Below are positions 1-8,625 of a stretch of 64,000 nucleotides of DNA, in pieces. The position numbers were made by a program, and so were the translations under genes. The stretch lies in contig BTVB01000017.1 in the NCBI GenBank assembly GCA_045863275.1, positions 10,371-74,370 on the forward strand, given 5' to 3'. The first letter of the stretch is position 1. Each line of letters starts with the position of its first letter. The DNA comes from Gemmatimonadota bacterium (GTDB lineage: Bacteria; Gemmatimonadota; Gemmatimonadetes; Longimicrobiales; Gaopeijiaceae). Below the pieces are notes generated by a model that did not search any database, was not told the origin of the DNA, and saw only the letters and a program-made list of their open reading frames with translations.

Positions 1-225
1 GATGAGCTTCCCCTGGGCGTGGGGAGGCAGCTGGTAGTGGAGGCCGCGCACCACCCCGGGGCCCGACCGGGCCAGGTTGTCCTGTACGAAAGGCCCCGGG
101 ATCCCGGCGGCGGCGAAGGCGCTGGCGCGGTACGTCTCGGCGAAGAAGCCCCGGGCATCCCCCCGGCGCGTGGGGCGCACGAGGACGACGTCGGGGATGT
201 CGAGAGGCGTGAAATGGAAGGACAT
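1..225 (-). CDS. rfbC: dTDP-4-dehydrorhamnose 3,5-epimerase, first 75 codons only (gene runs off the left edge)
   Basis: Not in the ORF track because there is no stop in the window. The reverse complement from ATG 225..223 reads MSFHFTPLDIPDVVLVRPTRRGDARGFFAETYRASAFAAAGIPGPFVQDNLARSGPGVVRGLHYQLPPHAQGKLI. This matches the RmlC cupin N-terminus (D.RGFF, VQDN, RGLHYQ, QGKL). Confidence 0.85.
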   Translation of the reverse strand, partial: MSFHFTPLDIPDVVLVRPTRRGDARGFFAETYRASAFAAAGIPGPFVQDNLARSGPGVVRGLHYQLPPHAQGKLI

Positions 226-288
226 GGCGGGGAAGGTCGTGGCGGCGCTCTCCGGGGGCAACCGGGTCGACGGGGGAGGACCGCCGGC

Positions 289-1728
289 TCAGCCCGCGGG
301 CTCGGCAGCGGTCCCGGAGGCCGCGGCCCGTGCCGGGTCGTCCTCCTCCAGGACGAGCCTGCGCAGCTCCCTGCCGAAGCGCAGGCGCACCCTGGCCAGA
401 AGCAGGACGGCCACGACGCCGATCCCCACCGCCAGCCCCACCCAGACGCCCCGGGGACCCAGCGGCGTCCGGAACCCCAGGAGCCAGCTCACGGGCAGCC
501 CCACCACCCAGAACCCCACCAGGTTCACGAGCATGGGGAGGCGCGTGTCCCCCACTCCCCGGAGGGCGCCGAGGGCCACCACCTGGATCCCGTCGAAGAC
601 CTGGAAGACCCCGGCGATGGGGATGAGGACCATGGCCAGCGCCACGACCTCCAGATCCGCGGAGTAGAGGCGCGCCAGCAGCCCGGGGACGGCGAGGAAG
701 AGGAGGGCGGTGAGCGTCATGAACCCCGCCCCCACCAGGAGGGCGCCGCCGGCGGCGCGCCTCGCTTCCGGCGGGTCCTCCCGGCCCACGGCCTGCCCCA
801 CGAGCACGGACCCGGCCTGCGCCACGCCCAGCGGCACCATGAACGTGAGGGAGGCCAGGTTCAGCGCCACCTGGTGGCTGGCCATGGCCACGGTACCCAT
901 CCACCCCATGAGCACCCCGGCGGCGCCGAAGACGCCGAACTCGAGGGCCTGCTGCGCGCCGATGGGGGCCCCCAGGCGCACGAAGCGACGGAGGGGCGCC
1001 GGGGCAAGGGCCTCGGGCCGGAGGGGATGCACCGCATCGCGGAGGAGCGGCCAGCCCAAAGCCAGCAGGATGAGGGCCATGAGCCAGCGGCTCACGCTGG
1101 TGGCCCACCCCGAGCCCACGGCCCCCATGGGCGGCGCCCCCAGGTTCCCGTAGATGAACACCCAGTTGAAGAAGACGTTGACGAAGTTGGCGGCGATGAC
1201 CGTGGCCAGGATGGGCCGCACGCGTGCCATGGCCTGCATGCTCTGGCGCAGCACCGTGAAGGCGTAGAAGGGAAGCACCCCCGGGATGGACACGAGGGCG
1301 TACCCCGCCGCCTTGGGGATCACGTCCGACGGCTGGCGCAGGAAGGCCAGCACGGCCGCCGCAGGCACCAGGAGGAGGGACGCCAGCACGGTGAGGCCCA
1401 GGGCCAGCACCATGCCCCGCTGCACTCCCCGCGCCACCGCGACCCTGTCCCCCGCCCCCACCGCCTGGGAGATCACCGGGTCCAGGGCGAAGAGCACGCC
1501 CATGCCGAAGACCACGGTGGCGAAGAAGTACAGGTTGCCCAGGGCCACCGCGGCCAGGTCCACGGCGGACACGCGCCCCACCATGACCGTGTCCACGACG
1601 CCCATGCTCATGGTGGCCACCTGGACGGTGGCCACCGGGAGGGCCAGGGAGGTCAGCGACCGGAGGTCGCGGCCTCCCGGGACGAAGCTGGCGAACGACC
1701 CCGGGCGGGGAGGCGCCGGGGAGGTCAC
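289..1728 (-). CDS. MATE family efflux transporter
   Basis: This is the C-terminal 479 aa of track ORF 289..2262. It is polytopic with MATE-type sequence (MSMGVVDTVMVGRV..., GALRGVGDTRLPM). I chose the start at in-frame GTG 1728, which overlaps the upstream stop as GTGA. The upstream part of the ORF is R/G/P-rich junk. Confidence 0.8.
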   Translation of the reverse strand: MTSPAPPRPGSFASFVPGGRDLRSLTSLALPVATVQVATMSMGVVDTVMVGRVSAVDLAAVALGNLYFFATVVFGMGVLFALDPVISQAVGAGDRVAVARGVQRGMVLALGLTVLASLLLVPAAAVLAFLRQPSDVIPKAAGYALVSIPGVLPFYAFTVLRQSMQAMARVRPILATVIAANFVNVFFNWVFIYGNLGAPPMGAVGSGWATSVSRWLMALILLALGWPLLRDAVHPLRPEALAPAPLRRFVRLGAPIGAQQALEFGVFGAAGVLMGWMGTVAMASHQVALNLASLTFMVPLGVAQAGSVLVGQAVGREDPPEARRAAGGALLVGAGFMTLTALLFLAVPGLLARLYSADLEVVALAMVLIPIAGVFQVFDGIQVVALGALRGVGDTRLPMLVNLVGFWVVGLPVSWLLGFRTPLGPRGVWVGLAVGIGVVAVLLLARVRLRFGRELRRLVLEEDDPARAAASGTAAEPAG

Positions 1729-2180
1729 GAGGTGCGGCACCCCTCGCTGCTGCGGGTGTCGGCGAGGTGGATGATCCGCCAGCCCTCGCCGGTGCGCACC
1801 AGGAGGACGTGGTCCACGCCGCAGTGGGAGTGGACGCCGTCCACGAAGAGGTCGTAGCGGGTCCACACCGAGGCCAGGCCCCCGTCGACGTCCACCGCGG
1901 TGTCGTAGATGCGCTCGTCCAGCTCCCGCGTGGAGGCACGCACGCCCTCGATCCACCGGTCGACGCCCACGACCTGCGCCACGGGGACCCCTTCCCGAAC
2001 CGCGGTGGTCACGAGCCGCACGTCGGGATGCATGAGGGCCTGCATGGCGTCGGCGTCGCCCGACTTCATGTGCTGGAAGAGGAGCGCCACGACCTCTCCC
2101 GGTCCCGGATCCTCCTGCGCCCCGGCGGGCGACGCCGCGGCCAGGACCAGCACCGTCGCCCAGATCCAATTCCCCCTCAT
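1725..2180 (-). CDS. Secreted NTF2/SnoaL-like (DUF4440-like) protein
   Basis: Last 151 aa of track ORF 1725..2585, starting at ATG 2180. It has a signal peptide (MRGNWIWATVLVLAAASPAGAQ). The rest has NTF2-like composition (ALLFQHMKSGDADAMQALMHPDV...WTRYDLFVDG...HLADTR). The start overlaps the upstream stop as ATGA. Confidence 0.6.
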   Translation of the reverse strand: MRGNWIWATVLVLAAASPAGAQEDPGPGEVVALLFQHMKSGDADAMQALMHPDVRLVTTAVREGVPVAQVVGVDRWIEGVRASTRELDERIYDTAVDVDGGLASVWTRYDLFVDGVHSHCGVDHVLLVRTGEGWRIIHLADTRSSEGCRTS

Positions 2181-2497
2181 GGCTCCTCCTCGCGGTTCTC
2201 CGTGTCTCCCTCCTCGCCGGGGCCCACGGCCCGGCTCCTCCGCACCTCGTCCAGCAGCGCATCGTCGGCGTCGGGAGGGGGGCGGAGGTCCGGCTGGCTC
2301 CCCTCCGTCACCAGGATCTTGCTGAGGAGCGTCCCCGGCACCCCCATCCAGAAGGCCACGAGCCGCCGGAACCCACCCCGCCCGCGGCGCACCGAGTCCA
2401 GGTACACCACGTTCGCCACCACCCACACCGCCAGGGAGACGACCTCGTGCAGCACGATGTCCATCGGCAGCCCCGTCCCGTCCTTGGCCCGGACCAT
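2177..2497 (-). CDS. Small membrane protein with acidic tail (hypothetical)
   Basis: Tail of track ORF 2177..3082. It reads MVRAKDGTGLPMDIVLHEVVSLAVWVVANVVYLD...FWMGVPGTLLSKILV, followed by a D/E-rich tail. An alternative start is ATG 2464. It is first in an apparent three-gene operon with the SnoaL-like and MATE genes. Confidence 0.45.
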   Translation of the reverse strand: MVRAKDGTGLPMDIVLHEVVSLAVWVVANVVYLDSVRRGRGGFRRLVAFWMGVPGTLLSKILVTEGSQPDLRPPPDADDALLDEVRRSRAVGPGEEGDTENREEEP

Positions 2498-2569
2498 CCC
2501 CTTGCCCTCCCGGCGTCGGGTGTCCGAAGATAGCCACCCGTCCCGGACTCGCCCACGTCCCCCGCGCCC

Positions 2570-3067
2570 GTGCCTTCCAGCCCATCCCCCGCGACGCGCC
2601 TCCAGTCCCTGTGGCGGCGCCTGGCCCCCCTCCCCGGGGGCCGCTGGCTCTTCAGCCGGATCTTCGGCTGGATGGTGCCCTACTCGGGCTCCATCCGCCC
2701 CAGGGTCACCCACCTGGAACCCGGCCACGCCCGGGTGACCATGGACGACCGCCGGCGCGTGCGGAACCACCTGGCCTCGGTGCACGCCGTGGCGCTGGCC
2801 AACCTGGGCGAGGCGGCCAGCGGGCTCGCCGTGGTGGGGGCCCTTCCCCCCACCGCTCGGGGGATCGTGGTGGGGCTGGACGTGACCTACGCGAAGAAGG
2901 CCCGGGGCCCCCTGGTGGCCGAGTGCCGCGCGGTGGTCCCCCAGGTCACGGAGAGCATGGAGCACACGGTCTCGGTGGAGGTCCGCGACGCCGCCGGCGA
3001 CGTGGTGGCCACGGTCCGGGCGCGGTGGCTCCTGGGCCCGGTGCCACCCCGGGAGGAGGCGGGGTGA
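2570..3067 (+). CDS. Hotdog-fold thioesterase (DUF4442/PaaI-like)
   Basis: Track ORF 2570..3067, 165 aa. The pattern HLASVHAVALANLGEAASGLAV...GIVVGLDVTYAKKARG...VEVRDAAGDVVATV is typical of DUF4442 hotdog proteins. Confidence 0.65.
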   Translation: MPSSPSPATRLQSLWRRLAPLPGGRWLFSRIFGWMVPYSGSIRPRVTHLEPGHARVTMDDRRRVRNHLASVHAVALANLGEAASGLAVVGALPPTARGIVVGLDVTYAKKARGPLVAECRAVVPQVTESMEHTVSVEVRDAAGDVVATVRARWLLGPVPPREEAG

Positions 3068-4050
3068 GCCGCCTCGACACACCGCTGGCCCGGGACGCGG
3101 GAATCGGCGTCCCGCTCCTGTGCGGGGCCATGTATCCCTGCTCCAACCCCGAGCTGGTGGCGGCGGTGTCCGACGCCGGGGGCATGGGCATCGTCCAGCC
3201 CGTCTCTTTGACCTACGTCCACGGGTGGGACTTCCGGGAAGGGCTCCGCCACATCCAGGGCCTTTCCTCCGGACCCGTGGGGATGAACGCCCTCATCGAG
3301 TCGTCCTCCCGGGCGTACCACGAGCGCATGGTGCGCTGGGTGGACCAGGCCCTGGAGGAGGGGGTGCGCTTCTTCGTCACCTCCCTGGGCAAGCCCCGCT
3401 GGGTGGTGGACCGGGCCGCCGCGGCGGGGGGCGTGGTCTATCACGACGTGACGGAGCGGAAGTGGGCCGAGAAGGCGCTGGATTCGGGTGTCCACGGCCT
3501 CATCGCGGTGAACCGGCGCGCCGGGGGCCACGCCGGCCCCCTGGGCATGGAGGAGCTCCTGGACCAGCTCGCCGACCTGGGTCTCCCGGTGGTGTGCGCC
3601 GGGGGCGTGGGAACGCCGGGTGACTTCGCCGCCGCCCTGCGCATGGGGTACGCCGGCGTGCAGATGGGCACCCGCTTCATCGCCACCGCCGAGTGCCGGG
3701 CCAGCGAGGCGTACAAGCGGGCCGTGGTGTCCGCCGGCGAGGAGGACATCGTGCTCACGGAGCGCCTCACCGGGGTGCCCGTGGCCGTGATCAACACCCC
3801 CTACGTGCGCCGTCTCGGCACCCGCGCCGGCCCCCTGGCCCGGTGGATGCTGAGGGGACGGCGCACCAAGAAGCTCATGCGCTCCCTCTATGCGCTGCAT
3901 TCGGCCTGGCGGCTCAAGCGCTCCTCTCTGGACGAGGCCGCCGCCGTCGAGTACTGGCAGGCCGGACGCTCGGTTGCCGGCATCCACGAGATCCTCCCCG
4001 CCCGCGAGGTGGTGCGCCGATGCGCCCGGGCCGTCGACGCCCTGCCCTGA
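3064..4050 (+). CDS. Nitronate monooxygenase / 2-nitropropane dioxygenase family (FabK-like TIM barrel)
   Basis: C-terminal 328 aa of track ORF 2611..4050, from GTG 3064 (GTGA overlap with the thioesterase stop). Motifs seen: PLLCGAMYPCSNPELVAAVSDAGGMGI, GGHAGP, VVCAGGVGTPGDFAAALRMGYAGVQMGTRF. Confidence 0.8.
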   Translation: MSRLDTPLARDAGIGVPLLCGAMYPCSNPELVAAVSDAGGMGIVQPVSLTYVHGWDFREGLRHIQGLSSGPVGMNALIESSSRAYHERMVRWVDQALEEGVRFFVTSLGKPRWVVDRAAAAGGVVYHDVTERKWAEKALDSGVHGLIAVNRRAGGHAGPLGMEELLDQLADLGLPVVCAGGVGTPGDFAAALRMGYAGVQMGTRFIATAECRASEAYKRAVVSAGEEDIVLTERLTGVPVAVINTPYVRRLGTRAGPLARWMLRGRRTKKLMRSLYALHSAWRLKRSSLDEAAAVEYWQAGRSVAGIHEILPAREVVRRCARAVDALP

Positions 4051-4080
4051 ACCCATCGCTCCGAACCCGAGGACCGACGC

Positions 4081-4974
4081 ATGCCCAGAACCCTCTTCGC
4101 CCTCGTGGCGACCGTGCTCCTCGCAGCGCCCACCGCCGCGCAACAGCGACTCAAGGTCTTCATCTCCGTGGACATGGAAGGCGTGGCGGGCATCGTCACC
4201 TCCGACCAGCTCGGGCCAGCAGGCTTCGAGTACCAGCGCTTCCGGGAGATCATGACCGCCGAGGTGAACGCCGCCATCGCGGCGGCGCGGGAGGCCGGCG
4301 CCACAGAGATCCTCGTGGCCGACTCCCACGGCAACGGTGAGAACCTCCTGGTGGAGCGCCTCCCCCAGGACATCCAGCTCGTCCGGTCCTGGCCGCGGCC
4401 CCTGGGGATGATGGAGGGGATCGACGACACGTTCGACGCGGTCCTCTTCATCGGGTACCACGCCGGCACCCACAATACCCGGGGCGTGCGGGCCCACACG
4501 CTGTCCAGCGCCAACCTGACGGGTGTGCGCCTCAACGGCCGCCTGGTGCCCGAGGCCGGGCTCAGCGCCGCCGTGGCGGGGCACTTCGGCGTGCCCGTGG
4601 TGATGATCTCCGGCGACGACGCCATCGCCGAGGAGGCCACGGCCCTTCTGGGGCCCATCGAGACGGCGGTGACCAAGTGGAGCCTGGGGTTCCACTCGGC
4701 CCGCACGCTCCTTCCCGAGGCCTCCAACGCCCTCATCGGCGAGAAGGTCGGGGCCGCCCTCGCCAGGGTCGGAGAGCTCCGGCCGTTCCGCGTGGAGACC
4801 CCCGTGCGCCTGGAGATCGCCTTCAAGAACTACATGCCGGCGGAGGTCCTGGCGTACCTCCCGGGGGTGGAGCGCGTGGACGCCCACACCGTCGCCTTCG
4901 TGGGACGGGACATGCTGGAGGTGTCGCGCTTCCTCCAGTTCGTCACCCACTACGAGCTGGGGCTCACGCCGTAG
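4081..4974 (+). CDS. M55 family D-aminopeptidase (DppA-like), with N-terminal signal peptide
   Basis: Track ORF, 297 aa. It contains VFISVDMEGVAGIV, LVADSHGNGENL, LFIGYHAG and VMISGDD, as in Bacillus DppA. The N-terminus MPRTLFALVATVLLAAPTAAQQ looks like a secretion signal. Confidence 0.85.
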   Translation: MPRTLFALVATVLLAAPTAAQQRLKVFISVDMEGVAGIVTSDQLGPAGFEYQRFREIMTAEVNAAIAAAREAGATEILVADSHGNGENLLVERLPQDIQLVRSWPRPLGMMEGIDDTFDAVLFIGYHAGTHNTRGVRAHTLSSANLTGVRLNGRLVPEAGLSAAVAGHFGVPVVMISGDDAIAEEATALLGPIETAVTKWSLGFHSARTLLPEASNALIGEKVGAALARVGELRPFRVETPVRLEIAFKNYMPAEVLAYLPGVERVDAHTVAFVGRDMLEVSRFLQFVTHYELGLTP

Positions 4975-5476
4975 GAGCGGTGCCCACCGCCGGGCTCCTC
5001 CGCTCCATGAGCACCACGTCCCGCCAGCGCCCGTCGTGGAAGCGCCCCACCCGCTCCCACACACCCACCACCCGGAAGCCCGCGGCGCCGTGCAGCGCGA
5101 GGGACGCCTGGTTCTCCGGGAAGATCCCGGCGCGCAGGGACCAGATCCCCGCGGCCTCCGAGGCGCTCACCAGGGCGTCGAGGAGGGTCCGCCCCACCCC
5201 CTCGCCGCGGGCCTCCTCGGCCACGTAGACCGAGACCTCCGCGACGCCGGCGTAGGCCGGCCGGGACGACACGGGAGACAGGGCGGCGTACCCCACCACC
5301 TTTCCGGCGCGCAGCGCCACCAGGCGGGGCTCGGGGAGGCGGGCCGCGTCCCAGCGCTCCCACGGGGGGACCTCGGTCTCGAAGGTGGCGTCGCCAGCGG
5401 CGATCCCCTGGCCGTAGATCTCCGCCACCGCGGGCCAGTCCCCGGCGCGGAGGGGCCGCAGGGTCACCCCGCTCAC
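4964..5476 (-). CDS. GNAT N-acetyltransferase, phosphinothricin/methionine-sulfoximine acetyltransferase (PAT) type
   Basis: Last 170 aa of track ORF 4964..5554, from GTG 5476 (GTGA overlap). It reads VTLRPLRAGDWPAVAEIYGQGIAAGDATFETEVP...VSVYVAEEARGEGVGRTLL...IFPENQASLALHGAAGF. It overlaps the dppA-like gene convergently by 11 nt. Confidence 0.8.
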   Translation of the reverse strand: MSGVTLRPLRAGDWPAVAEIYGQGIAAGDATFETEVPPWERWDAARLPEPRLVALRAGKVVGYAALSPVSSRPAYAGVAEVSVYVAEEARGEGVGRTLLDALVSASEAAGIWSLRAGIFPENQASLALHGAAGFRVVGVWERVGRFHDGRWRDVVLMERRSPAVGTAPTA

Positions 5477-5727
5477 GGGTGCTCGGCGCCTCCGTCGGTG
5501 CGCCCGTCGGCCCGGGGGCCCCCGGCGGCGTCGCCCACGTGGGGGTACCGCCAAGCCACCACCGCCGCCAGGATCGCGCCCAGCCCCAGGCTCCAGCGGG
5601 CCACGGCGTCGAAGAGCTCGGGGAGGAGGAACGTCCTCTGGACCGCGGGCAGGGCGGCCAGGGCCAGGGCCGCGAAGAGGGCGTAGGCCGCCACGACCTT
5701 GCCGATCCGCGCCGCGGCCCCCCTCAC
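5473..5727 (-). CDS. Small membrane protein (hypothetical, two predicted TM segments)
   Basis: Track ORF, 84 aa. It has two hydrophobic stretches (VVAAYALFAALALAALPAV and SLGLGAILAAVVAW). Its stop is coupled by GTGA to the PAT gene. Confidence 0.45.
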   Translation of the reverse strand: MRGAAARIGKVVAAYALFAALALAALPAVQRTFLLPELFDAVARWSLGLGAILAAVVAWRYPHVGDAAGGPRADGRTDGGAEHP

Positions 5728-5770
5728 GGCGCGCCCCCGCCGGGCCGGCGCGCCCGGGCTCCCGCCCGCG

Positions 5771-6244
5771 TCACTCGGCTTCGTCTCCCGCGTCCAGGGC
5801 CCCGAGGGCCATGGTGTCGGCGAGGCGCCTCAGCTCCAGGATCTGCATCCACGCACGGAGCACCCAGGTACCCAGGACGGCCAGGAGGAGGCCCGCCGCC
5901 CCCGACGCGAACCCCGACGCCTGGGCCACTCCACGGAGCCCCTCCCACCCGAGCACGTAGACACCGAAGGCGGGAGGGACCAGGCCTGCCGCTGCGGCCG
6001 CCGCCATCCAGGGCCGCCCGCCGCGCCCGAAGGCGCGTTGGACCACCCGCATGCCATAGGCCAGCATGGCGCCTGCGGACAAGGGGGCGCCGGCCGCCAG
6101 GACGAAGCCCCCGGACCGGGCCAGCATCTGCCCCAGACCCAGGAGGAAGAGGAGCGCGAGGGGAACGAATCCCCGTCCCAGCCGCACCGCGGCCAGATCC
6201 TGGATGGCGCGTCCCACGACCTGGTTGATCTCTTCTCTCGGCAT
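5771..6244 (-). CDS. Integral membrane protein (hypothetical, about four TM segments)
   Basis: Last 157 aa of track ORF 5771..6388, from ATG 6244 (MPREEINQVVGRAIQDL...). It has four hydrophobic segments, normal composition and GC-rich third codon positions. Confidence 0.5.
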   Translation of the reverse strand: MPREEINQVVGRAIQDLAAVRLGRGFVPLALLFLLGLGQMLARSGGFVLAAGAPLSAGAMLAYGMRVVQRAFGRGGRPWMAAAAAAGLVPPAFGVYVLGWEGLRGVAQASGFASGAAGLLLAVLGTWVLRAWMQILELRRLADTMALGALDAGDEAE

Positions 6245-6323
6245 GTCGGCTCCGTGACGGCACCAGCGGGTCGTGGAGGGGAAGGTGCGGCATGCGGGCC
6301 CGGTGCGCGAGGTCCGGGGCCCT

Positions 6324-7106
6324 TCAGCCCCGTGGGCGCTTCGGGAGCCACGGGACGAAGGCCGACGTCCGCTGGACGTATTCGGCATACTCCGGCCTGC
6401 CCTGGCTCAGGGTCCGCTCCAGCAGCGCCACGCCCGACACCTTCAGGAGGAGAAAGGTCATGACGGCAGGCCCCACCGCGGTCCAAGCGGCGCCTCCCCC
6501 TACGGCCACCAGCCAGAGCCCCCACCAGAGCACCGCGTCCCCGAAGTAGTTGGGGTGCCGGCTGTACCTCCAGAGGCCGGAGTCGAGGACCCTTCCCCGG
6601 TTGGCAGGGTCCGCCTTGAAGCGCCGGAGCTGGGCGTCGGCCACCGCCTCCACGGTGAACCCGGCGAGGAAGAGCCCGACCCCCGCGGCGTCCCACGCGC
6701 CCAGCGGGCCCGACGCCACCACCGCTCCCAGCAGGGGGAGGGCCACCACCCACAGGAGGGCCGCCTGGAGCCAGAAGACCGTGAAGAGGCTCACCCGGGG
6801 GAACGCGGCCCCGTGCCGCTCGCGCATGGCGGCGTAGCGGAAGTCCTCGCCGTGGGTCCGGTTCCTCGACAGCAGGTGGAGACCCAGTCGGGCCGCCCAG
6901 AGCACCACCAGCGCCACGGCCAGCCACGGCCGCGCCCCCGGTCCCCTCCCCAGCGCGAGGTAGGTCACCCCGACGAGGACGAACCCGGGACCCCAGAACG
7001 GGTCGGCGATGCTGGCGTCCCGCAGGCGGAGGCTCACGAGCCAGAGCAGGAAGGACGCCGACAGGGCGACGGCGAGCCCGGAGAGGGCCACGAGCAGGGT
7101 GCTCAT
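6324..7106 (-). CDS. DUF1295 / steroid 5-alpha-reductase-like membrane protein
   Basis: Track ORF 6324..7124. I prefer ATG 7106 (MSTLLV...), which is preceded by GAAGG. The C-terminal signature GLWRYSRHPNYFGDAVLWWG is typical of the DUF1295/ICMT-like family. Confidence 0.75.
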   Translation of the reverse strand: MSTLLVALSGLAVALSASFLLWLVSLRLRDASIADPFWGPGFVLVGVTYLALGRGPGARPWLAVALVVLWAARLGLHLLSRNRTHGEDFRYAAMRERHGAAFPRVSLFTVFWLQAALLWVVALPLLGAVVASGPLGAWDAAGVGLFLAGFTVEAVADAQLRRFKADPANRGRVLDSGLWRYSRHPNYFGDAVLWWGLWLVAVGGGAAWTAVGPAVMTFLLLKVSGVALLERTLSQGRPEYAEYVQRTSAFVPWLPKRPRG

Positions 7107-7179
7107 ACCTTCGGTACGCCGCACGCCCCCGGAGGTTGCGCCGGCGGGGCGGAGGCGCGACGAGGCGCCCCGTCAGCCC

Positions 7180-7530
7180 TCAGTGGCTGAGGAGGACGGC
7201 CCTGACCTCCCGACGGATGTGCCGTCGGGCGAAGGCGGGGAACGGAGGGTGGCGCAGGGGATCGTACTCGCGGGCGGCGGCGACCAGCCCCGCGAGGCCT
7301 CGGCGCACAAGGACATCCATCGCGACGCCACCGCCCCGGTGGGCGATGGCCACGTCCACCACGTCGCGGAGGTGCCCGGCGACGAGCTGCTCACGGGCCT
7401 CCGGGTCTCCGGCGGCGACTTCGCTGGCCAGGGCCGACTCCGCTTCCTCCGCCAACGGCGGCGTGCTCGCACGACGCACGAGCTCCGCCAGCGGGAGGGC
7501 TTCCAGGGAGGCTAGGGAGTGGCCGACCAT
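7180..7530 (-). CDS. Stand-alone sigma-70 region 1.2/2-like protein (116 aa, no regions 3 or 4)
   Basis: Track ORF. The stretch EAREQLVAGHLRDVVDVAIAHRGGGVAMDVLVRRGLAGLVAAAREYDPLRHPPFPAFARRHIRREVRAVL aligns by eye to sigma-70 region 2 (L..LRLV..IA..Y...G....DLIQEG..GL..A...FD...G..F..YA...IR..I). The ORF stops right after it. Confidence 0.55.
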   Translation of the reverse strand: MVGHSLASLEALPLAELVRRASTPPLAEEAESALASEVAAGDPEAREQLVAGHLRDVVDVAIAHRGGGVAMDVLVRRGLAGLVAAAREYDPLRHPPFPAFARRHIRREVRAVLLSH

Positions 7531-7592
7531 GCCCGATGATCGGGGCGCCGCCCCCCGTCCGCAATCGCCGTCGCGGACTCGTTACCACACCT

Positions 7593-8030
7593 TTACACGC
7601 CCCCCGGGAACGCACGTCCGGCCCTGCCGCGGAGCGCCGCATCCTGGTGCCGGTGGAAGCTCACCACCAGCGCCGTGCCCGAAAGGAGCGCGTTGGCTGC
7701 TGCGATTCCGGTGAGCCCCGCCGCGAGAGGCGCGCCGCTGGCCAGTGCGTCGCCCAGGGACCAGATGGGGAGGAGGATGGAGAGGAGGAGCACGAGGAGG
7801 TTCGTCGCGCTCTCCGCCATCCCCACCCACGGCGTCGCCCCGGGGCGGGCGGTGCAGAGAAGGCCCAGGGCGAAGACCGCGACGTAGTACGCCACGCGGG
7901 GGCCCACGGGAAGGACGTCCGCCACCCGCACCGGAAGGCCCAGGCCCAGGTCCGCCACCGCGAACACCGGCGTGGCCAGGTAGTAGCCCGCGACCACTCG
8001 GGTCGCGTTCCACCGCGCGGCCCTGGCCAT
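7593..8030 (-). CDS. Integral membrane protein (hypothetical)
   Basis: Last 145 aa of track ORF 7593..8342, from ATG 8030 (MARAARWNATRVVAGYYLATPVFAV...). It has four hydrophobic segments. Its ATG shares one nt with the DinB gene stop (TGATG). Confidence 0.5.
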   Translation of the reverse strand: MARAARWNATRVVAGYYLATPVFAVADLGLGLPVRVADVLPVGPRVAYYVAVFALGLLCTARPGATPWVGMAESATNLLVLLLSILLPIWSLGDALASGAPLAAGLTGIAAANALLSGTALVVSFHRHQDAALRGRAGRAFPGGV

Positions 8031-8605
8031 CACCGCGGGAACGCCGGGTGGGCCACCACCCGCTCCGCCTGCGCCAGGTGGCGCAGCTCGTGGGCCACCA
8101 TGACCCGGAGGGCGTCGCTGGCCGCCAAACGCACCCACGACGCAAGCGGGGAGCGCACGACGATGCGGTCCAGGTCCCGCCCCCTCCCCGCCTCGACGAG
8201 GGCCCGGAGGCGGCGCTGCTCCTCGAGGAACGCCTCGAGGGCGCCGGTCTCGGCGGCCTGCGGGCGGGGCCGGGTGATGCGCGGGGACTTCACCTTCATT
8301 CCGTCCGGGCCGACCATGCGCGTGAAGAGCCGGCCGAACCAACGGCCCCGGAGAGGCGCGCCGTCGAGGCGCCCCTCCGGGGCCGCGTCACCGAGCGCCA
8401 CCGTCAGCGACTCGCGGTACAGCTCGTTGGTCCTCGCCAGGTGCGCCAGGCAGTGCCCCACGCCCCACGCCTCCGGCGCCGGGCGCCAGTCGAGCTGCCG
8501 GGCCGTGAGCCCTCCGAAGCGGGCCCGCACCGTCTCGGTGACGCGGTCCACCTCCGACACCAGGTCGGCGACGAACTCGTCGTTCCCCAGGGGATAGGGG
8601 CGCAT
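8030..8605 (-). CDS. DinB-superfamily protein
   Basis: Track ORF, 191 aa. It has DinB-like four-helix His motifs (WGVGHCLAHLARTNELY ... MVAHELRHLAQAE). Confidence 0.7.
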   Translation of the reverse strand: MRPYPLGNDEFVADLVSEVDRVTETVRARFGGLTARQLDWRPAPEAWGVGHCLAHLARTNELYRESLTVALGDAAPEGRLDGAPLRGRWFGRLFTRMVGPDGMKVKSPRITRPRPQAAETGALEAFLEEQRRLRALVEAGRGRDLDRIVVRSPLASWVRLAASDALRVMVAHELRHLAQAERVVAHPAFPR

Positions 8606-8625
8606 GGCTCGGCGGCGTCAGCGGG

